NCBI GenBank assembly: GCA_943788985.1
Contig: CALSSJ010000029.1
Location: forward strand, 1 to 56,855
From: an uncultured Lentisphaerales bacterium
GTDB lineage: Bacteria > Verrucomicrobiota > Lentisphaeria > JABSQK01 > UBA12247
Reading direction: 5' to 3'
DNA length: 56,855 nucleotides
Numbering within the stretch: position 1 is the first letter of the stretch; every line of letters starts with the position of its first letter. The position numbers and the translations under genes are program-made. The notes beneath the pieces were generated by a model. The model searched no databases. It saw only the letters and a program-made list of their open reading frames with translations, and was not told the origin of the DNA. Of the stretch, positions 51,376-56,855 are shown one piece after another.

Positions 51376-52494
51376 TCAGATGCTCCTTGTACTGAATGTG
51401 TCGAACGCGTGCATCCCCGGCGTATACAGCACATTGGGGACTCCCATGTCAGCATTCTGCAGGTCCAGCAGTTCAAAGCACTTGCATAGCACCTCGCTCC
51501 ATGGATAGCTGGTTCCGGCAAACCATTTCTCGCAGCACTTGGCGGGCCCGGGTTGCAGCGATGCCACGCTCAGGTCTTCCGGAATCCGAATGCCCAGCAG
51601 TTCCGCGACATCAGCGACAGTTTCCGTAACGCTGGCGTGGTAGGTGATGATAGCGGTTTGCTCCGAGAACGTTTCCAGAAAGCTCTTAATCCGCGCCATC
51701 GTCATCGGCGCCGGATCTTGCAGAAATGCGTAGAGGTCAGTGTCGGGCGTTGCTCCGTATTCCGCCAGGGCCTGCAAGTGGCCCTGCCACGCCTGATGAA
51801 AGTGGTTTCTGTTCCAGGAAGGATCGGAGAGAACGCCAATCTTGGTGTGGCCAAGATCCAGCAGGTGCTTGGCCAGCAGGTAGCCCGCATAGAAGATATC
51901 CGCGGTAATGCGTGGGAAGCTGAACGGGTCTTCTAGCCCCAGATATACCACCGGATAGTCTTGCGACAGCCTGTCTCGAATCTCGACTATTGCTGCCGCG
52001 GGTGAACAGGAAATAATGCCGCGCAGCGGGTTTTGCCCATGCTCTTCAATCTCTGGAAACAGCTCGCCATTCGTACCAATATGGTGCAGCGAGATCAGCA
52101 GGCCGTGCTCTGACGCGATTGCCTTGATGCGACCAAGAAGAAGCCTACCGAAGATACTCGTAGTTGCATACGGGTCCAAGTCGTGACCAACACCGTCAGT
52201 GATCAGCAAGGCCACCGTACCTGCTGTGCGCACATTGCTGCACGCCCCCTTTTTCAGAAAGATCCCCTTCTTCGGAACCGTGGTCACAAAGCCTTCGTTT
52301 GCCAGGCGTTTGAACACAGCCTGAAGTACGGACCGGCTCACGCACGAACTCTCCGTCAACTCAGCGTATGCGGGAAGTTTCTCTCCTTCCCCCCAGCGCT
52401 GTTGGCGAATCTCGCTTAGAAGAATCTGGTAGACTTGCTCGCCGAGTTTCCCCTGATCGCGGTCAATCGGAACCCCAAAAAGGTTCTCTTTCAT
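51376..52494 (-). CDS. GntR-family regulator with LacI-type ligand-binding domain
   Basis: GEKLP...VSRSVLQ...L...EGFV...KKGIF, then HLLDLGHTKIG and GIRIPEDLSV. Confidence 0.88.
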   Translation of the reverse strand: MKENLFGVPIDRDQGKLGEQVYQILLSEIRQQRWGEGEKLPAYAELTESSCVSRSVLQAVFKRLANEGFVTTVPKKGIFLKKGACSNVRTAGTVALLITDGVGHDLDPYATTSIFGRLLLGRIKAIASEHGLLISLHHIGTNGELFPEIEEHGQNPLRGIISCSPAAAIVEIRDRLSQDYPVVYLGLEDPFSFPRITADIFYAGYLLAKHLLDLGHTKIGVLSDPSWNRNHFHQAWQGHLQALAEYGATPDTDLYAFLQDPAPMTMARIKSFLETFSEQTAIITYHASVTETVADVAELLGIRIPEDLSVASLQPGPAKCCEKWFAGTSYPWSEVLCKCFELLDLQNADMGVPNVLYTPGMHAFDTFSTRSI

Positions 52495-52599
52495 CCATGC
52501 ACTCCTAGTGTCCTGACAGCCCTTGCACAATATTCAGTATTAACCGAGCAGTACAGGATTCATAACACAATACACCAAAAGTCGAGGGAATTGTATCCC

Positions 52600-53263
52600 C
52601 GACTTCCTTGCGGATGGCCAGCCAGTCGAGGGAGTTGATCAGATCGTTGACGCCCATGATCTGCGCGTGTTTGTTGCCGTGCCCGAATGCTCCCCAGTAG
52701 AAGAACAGCGGGTACTTGCGGCTATTCATGGCGCGGGCAAAGGCCTCGTGGCGAACTGACCAGGCGTCGATGCCCCCGGAATAGTCGATCACGATCGGGG
52801 GATCGGGAATGCTCAAACCCTTGGGAATGACAGGATCAGAGAGGCACATGCGGTCGCTGACGTGCGTAATGCTGGCGGGAACGTTGGCCTTGATCGACTC
52901 TAGCACCTTTGCTTGCGAGACTCTCTGATGCCAGCAGTTCCAGCTATTCCAGCCCAGTGGCGGAGTCAGCGCTATTTTATCGCCAACCACAATCCGGAAC
53001 GCTTTTGCATAACTCCCTTTGCTGTTTTTAGCCTGCAGTGTGACGTTGTAGGTTTTCGTTTCCGCAGAAGTGATGCGACCGGCAACTTGGCCGTTTTCCG
53101 GATACATGCTCAGCCCCTCTGTAAAATTCTCCACGGAAAATTACATCGAACGCTCACCCGTCGCCGGAATGGCATACAAAAAGGGATTGCCCGGGCGAAC
53201 TCCGAAAATACTCGGACCGTTAATCCGCGGCGTAGCTGCTGCTTCGGGGGTTAAAATGTAGCG
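52600..53263 (-). pseudogene. GH27 alpha-galactosidase fragment (Ig-like domain plus start of catalytic domain) joined to unrelated fragments
   Basis: YILTP...PRINGPSIFGVRPGNPFLYAIPATGER, in-frame TAA at 53141, IALTPPLGWNSWNCW; similarity ends at ~52890. Confidence 0.78.
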
Positions 53264-53523
53264 CCCTTCACCAACGTCAGGATCGTATACCTCTTGCGCG
53301 ACTGAGCGGCGCTCCGCTCCGGGCCGTGCCGTGCAAGACGGGCACTCTGCGCTGGAGTACGTCCAACGTTGGAGTTCACAACTTTAGTTGTGCCCCACGT
53401 AGTATGGCTGTTGCACCGTGGCACGTCTAAAGCCGTGAACTCCAACGGGTTAGGCACACCTGTTCGGATGCAATCAGGGATTTGTTTCAGGGGAGTGTTG
53501 AAGTTATGCAGCAAGAGAAGACT

Positions 53524-53608
53524 TACCACGGAGGCACGGAGGCACAGAGATAAGAGGAGCGGATCTTGTGGCTTTTGCGTCGTGCCCAGCCTCCGTGTCT
53601 CCGTGGTA
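53524..53608. repeat. 20-bp inverted repeat of 8-nt CACGGAGG units with a 45-bp spacer
   Basis: TACCACGGAGGCACGGAGGC ... GCCTCCGTGTCTCCGTGGTA (19/20). Confidence 0.8.
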
Positions 53609-53662
53609 GACCCTGCTGTGCTCTGGGTGCCTGTCGGCGATATCCTCCTAATCTTAGGCAGT

Positions 53663-54370
53663 TCAGATCGATCCGTGCCCATGAGTGTTCATCAGTGGTT
53701 CGTTCTTCCTGTAACCGCGCGTTTGCCAACGAGGAAGACGGATTGAATCGGGCCGATCGGAATCGCCGTGAATGATAAACATCGGCACGCCCGCCTTCAC
53801 GAGCCCGTCCAGATTTTCAGACGGATTCAAGAGATCCAGCTTTTTCATGATCTCCTCTTCCGGCATGCCGTAATCCGCCAGCACCGACGGTTTGGAACGC
53901 TGAAGCGGCCAGCTGGCGATATTGCACACTGGATAGATCCCGGCAAACGCCCCGACCTTATCCGGGTTGCGGAACGCCCAGCACAGCATCATCAGCCCGC
54001 CCCGGCTCTGGCCCAGCAAAACCGGTTTGGGCGAATAGCCTTTTACGACCATCGCGTCGTAAAACCCGGTGAACGCCTTTGAACTGACCGGTGCGCCGCG
54101 CACCTCGCCCAAATCATAACCGGCAACCGCGATTCCGTGTTCAAGCAGCTGTTCAAAATAATACCGCTGCGAGTGGTGCGGATAGCTATGCAAGGTCGGC
54201 GCATACCAGACCCACGGACTTCCCGCCGCTGGCTTTTCCGGCTGCATCACAAACGCGCGCCTTCCGTTCACGTCAAAGATCTCCGCCGGCAGCGGCAAAT
54301 TCGAAACAGCGAAGGTACTCGCCGCAAGCAGCCCAAAGGCCACAACCATTCTCACATTCATACATTTCAT
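53663..54370 (-). pseudogene. Secreted alpha/beta hydrolase, 3'-truncated
   Basis: PWVWYAP, GQSRGG nucleophile, GIYPV, IIHGDSD, then unrelated sequence running into a repeat. Confidence 0.7.
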
Positions 54371-54377
54371 ATCAACC

Positions 54378-56855
54378 CTATTTTACGAGGTGGGCATCGG
54401 CCCAGCTGGCATGATCGCCGCCCTTGCCGTTGCCGCCATCCGTGACGATCAACGTCAACTCCCTGGCTCCGACCACGGGGAGTGTCAGGGGCTTCGCTTT
54501 AAATCCTGAACTGCTTACGGCACCGCTGGCATAGACTTCTTTGCCATCTACCAGAATCTTCATTTCCAGCAGACCTTTGTGGGCGTCATCCGGACCGGGC
54601 ACGACATGAAAGGCGGCAAACGCGCCATTCAGCGGGAAGCTGATTTTGGAGTCGGCATGCACGCCCAAGCCGCGATCGTACTGTTTGCCGCCGACGCTGA
54701 GTGGCTTGCCTTCAACACCCCTATCATCAAGCACACGCCAGAACGTTTCACAGGCACTCGCCATCTCACCAGTCAGATAGACTTTGCCGTCCTTGTCCGC
54801 CACAGGTGTAGAAGGTGTCTGCGCCTCCGAGACCTCCCATTTGAATGCAGCAAAGATCACCTTGGTGATATCCTCCCCCGGCTTCGGCTTGAAGCCGATT
54901 GTCTTGACCGTTGACCAGTCAGCCAAGGCCTGTCCTGATTGCTGCTTCAACGTGCGTGTCTGTACGGTCATGCTCTGCCACTCGTCGGAAGCGGAAATTT
55001 CGATGTCAGTCGCAAACCGGTCCGCCCAGAGCACCAGCGATTGCGGTTGTGTGCAATAGAATTTGAAGGTCAGATTCGCGCCGCGCGGCGCTTTCCATTT
55101 CGGGTCAGCGAACTGACCGCTTTGGGTTCCCCGGCGATTATCAATCGGCCGGAACCCTTCGATGCCGCCGACGCCCTCGGCAGGCGCCACATGGCTCCAG
55201 CGGTCGGCGCCGCCCGGAAGCACATCGGACCGGGTATCCGTGGCCACGGCGTTGCCAAGTTTTGCAGGAATCACCGCTTCAAAGTCGGACGACACGACGC
55301 AGTCGTTGTCGTAGCGGATATTGGCATAGGAAAAGACGTAGTCGGCCACGTGCATGACCGGCAGCTTAGCGATCCAGGTGTTGCCTCTACGCTCCGACGG
55401 CACGTCGCGCCAGTAGCGTTCAATATTGTTGGCGGTCTTGAGGCACTGATACACCTGGAGTTCCTTGATCCGCTCCGGGCTCGCAGGCGTGAGCTGTAGT
55501 TCCGGCACACCCGCAGCATCGAGCTTGATCTCGGACTCTGGTCGCGCTGGCCAGAAGTGATTCTTGTCGAGCACGTGCTTCTCCAGCCAGAGCCTGCAAT
55601 CGTCCCCCAGCTTCTCGGTGTTGTGGTGACCGCGGGCCTGAATGGCGAAGTCCCAGGGCACGCCTGCTTTGAAGCTCTTGAAGGTCTCGCAGCCTCGCTC
55701 GTGGCCGCCATGGTGATCGTTGGAACCGTTCAGCCAGAGACTCGCTGCGGTGATGTGCGGCGCGTGTGCCTGGGGCGCGACGGCGGACAGAAAGAGTGCC
55801 TCGCCCGGGGTCTTTGCTGGGTTCTTGTGCGGGACGTTATAGCGCCACACCGCGCGATTTCGGTAGTAGTCGATCCAGCCGATACCGAAGTAGGCGACGA
55901 CCGCTTTCACCCGTGCGTCCATGGCCAGGTTCCACATGATCGTGCCGCCATACGAATAGCCCTTGGCGCCAATGCGATCGTGGTCCACTTCTTGCTGCGC
56001 GAGGAGGTAGCTGAGCGCCCGGCGCTGCACCGCATTCCAGAGGTAGTGCGACGTGGCTTTGGGGTCGGTCAGCTGGCTGCCGTCGGGCATTTTGCCGTAG
56101 ATAAGCGAGAACCCCATCTTGCGCGCGTCCATGTGGCCATGGGCCAACGCCTTGGGATACTTCGTAAAGTGGGGACGGTTTGTGATGCCGGAATAGTCGT
56201 GGGCCATGACGGCCCAGCCATCGTGCACATACGCCATGTCGATGGCCGGTCCCCCCATCCAGCCATGCACATTCAACAGTCCCGGCGCATTCTTGGCCCC
56301 GGCCTTGACCGCATATTTGCAGTAGACCCGCACGTCTTCGCCGTGCACATAGGCCGAGATGTAAGACTCTTTGTAGTAGATGCCGTCCTTTGTCTCCTCG
56401 CTGATGATCTCCTCGTTGAGATTGCCGGCGTCCGGATCGTAGTCCTGCCAGACGTCCGGCGGGGCGAGGGACGGCTGGACGTATGGCTCGCGCTCGTAGG
56501 GCTTGGTCCGCGCCACGTACGCCCCACCTTCCCAACGAAGGTTGCGGAATCGCTGACGGGCCAGCACGTCATCCTTGGTCGTCATGTTGAACTTGGTGTA
56601 TTCATCCCCGGCTTCCTGGTAGTAGGCTTCGTCCCAGCCGCTGACCTTGTCTGGCACCGCGCCCAGATTCAGGACATACTTCGAATCTCCGGCGCCCTGG
56701 CGCTGGGCCACGCTGCCCGCCACGCGAGCGAGGTCGCCTTCGATCTTCTTCTTCAAGCTCGGCGCGGACATCAGGGTCAGGCGGGACACCTTGTGCCAAT
56801 CGTCCAGGGCCCAGCCGAAGGGATTGCGGAGATCGCGCGTCTTGATCCGGATCGT
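54378..56855 (-). CDS. Large multidomain alpha/beta hydrolase (dienelactone hydrolase/acetyl-xylan-esterase-like) with CBM-like and NPCBM domains; 5'-partial
   Basis: HGWMG, RIGAKGYSYGG, NGSNDHHG, RGLGVHADS...VTDGGNGKGGDHASWADA; frame open to the window edge. Confidence 0.85.
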   Translation of the reverse strand, partial: TIRIKTRDLRNPFGWALDDWHKVSRLTLMSAPSLKKKIEGDLARVAGSVAQRQGAGDSKYVLNLGAVPDKVSGWDEAYYQEAGDEYTKFNMTTKDDVLARQRFRNLRWEGGAYVARTKPYEREPYVQPSLAPPDVWQDYDPDAGNLNEEIISEETKDGIYYKESYISAYVHGEDVRVYCKYAVKAGAKNAPGLLNVHGWMGGPAIDMAYVHDGWAVMAHDYSGITNRPHFTKYPKALAHGHMDARKMGFSLIYGKMPDGSQLTDPKATSHYLWNAVQRRALSYLLAQQEVDHDRIGAKGYSYGGTIMWNLAMDARVKAVVAYFGIGWIDYYRNRAVWRYNVPHKNPAKTPGEALFLSAVAPQAHAPHITAASLWLNGSNDHHGGHERGCETFKSFKAGVPWDFAIQARGHHNTEKLGDDCRLWLEKHVLDKNHFWPARPESEIKLDAAGVPELQLTPASPERIKELQVYQCLKTANNIERYWRDVPSERRGNTWIAKLPVMHVADYVFSYANIRYDNDCVVSSDFEAVIPAKLGNAVATDTRSDVLPGGADRWSHVAPAEGVGGIEGFRPIDNRRGTQSGQFADPKWKAPRGANLTFKFYCTQPQSLVLWADRFATDIEISASDEWQSMTVQTRTLKQQSGQALADWSTVKTIGFKPKPGEDITKVIFAAFKWEVSEAQTPSTPVADKDGKVYLTGEMASACETFWRVLDDRGVEGKPLSVGGKQYDRGLGVHADSKISFPLNGAFAAFHVVPGPDDAHKGLLEMKILVDGKEVYASGAVSSSGFKAKPLTLPVVGARELTLIVTDGGNGKGGDHASWADAHLVK

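Noticed and set aside
46550..53700. CRISPR array suggested by short repeats
   Set aside because: Units are 7-10 nt with no unique spacers, and there are no cas genes.
1..56855. tRNA, rRNA or integrase-defined island
   Set aside because: None recognised by eye; tRNAscan-SE and barrnap would be needed to exclude them formally.

Overview
A ~60% GC bacterial window, probably PVC superphylum (Lentisphaerae-like; inferred from sulfatases, a GntR/LacI-hybrid regulator, an SHD1 protein and short-period repeats). Housekeeping blocks: proB-menG-menF-menD-TPR membrane protein; creC-phoD-like; troABCD metal ABC transporter with DtxR-like domains fused to both permeases; deoC-ALDH-ALDH; usp-usp-REC/Ser-Thr kinase divergent from an NtrC-family activator; pheST; glgA-glgB. 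Accessory or decaying patches between them: a sulfatase cluster, an internally deleted IS1380, broken hicBA and parE, an orphan McrC-like nuclease, and a carbohydrate locus with GH95, GH27 and esterase fragments joined at abrupt junctions. Single-base frameshifts in otherwise intact genes look like long-read errors; nonsense substitutions plus deletions mark likely real pseudogenes. Best leads: (1) a four-helix-bundle gene enclosed by ~74-bp inverted repeats inside an operon, resembling an intervening sequence, with related empty repeat elements elsewhere; (2) an unassigned ~100-nt structured RNA candidate at 22.3-22.4 kb; (3) transporter-fused DtxR domains with a perfect palindromic operator; (4) a sigma54 promoter with candidate enhancer sites for the Usp/kinase block; (5) an intact but ligand-less PhoD. 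No rRNA, tRNA or CRISPR array was seen. All family calls are from motif recognition by eye; no database search was run.
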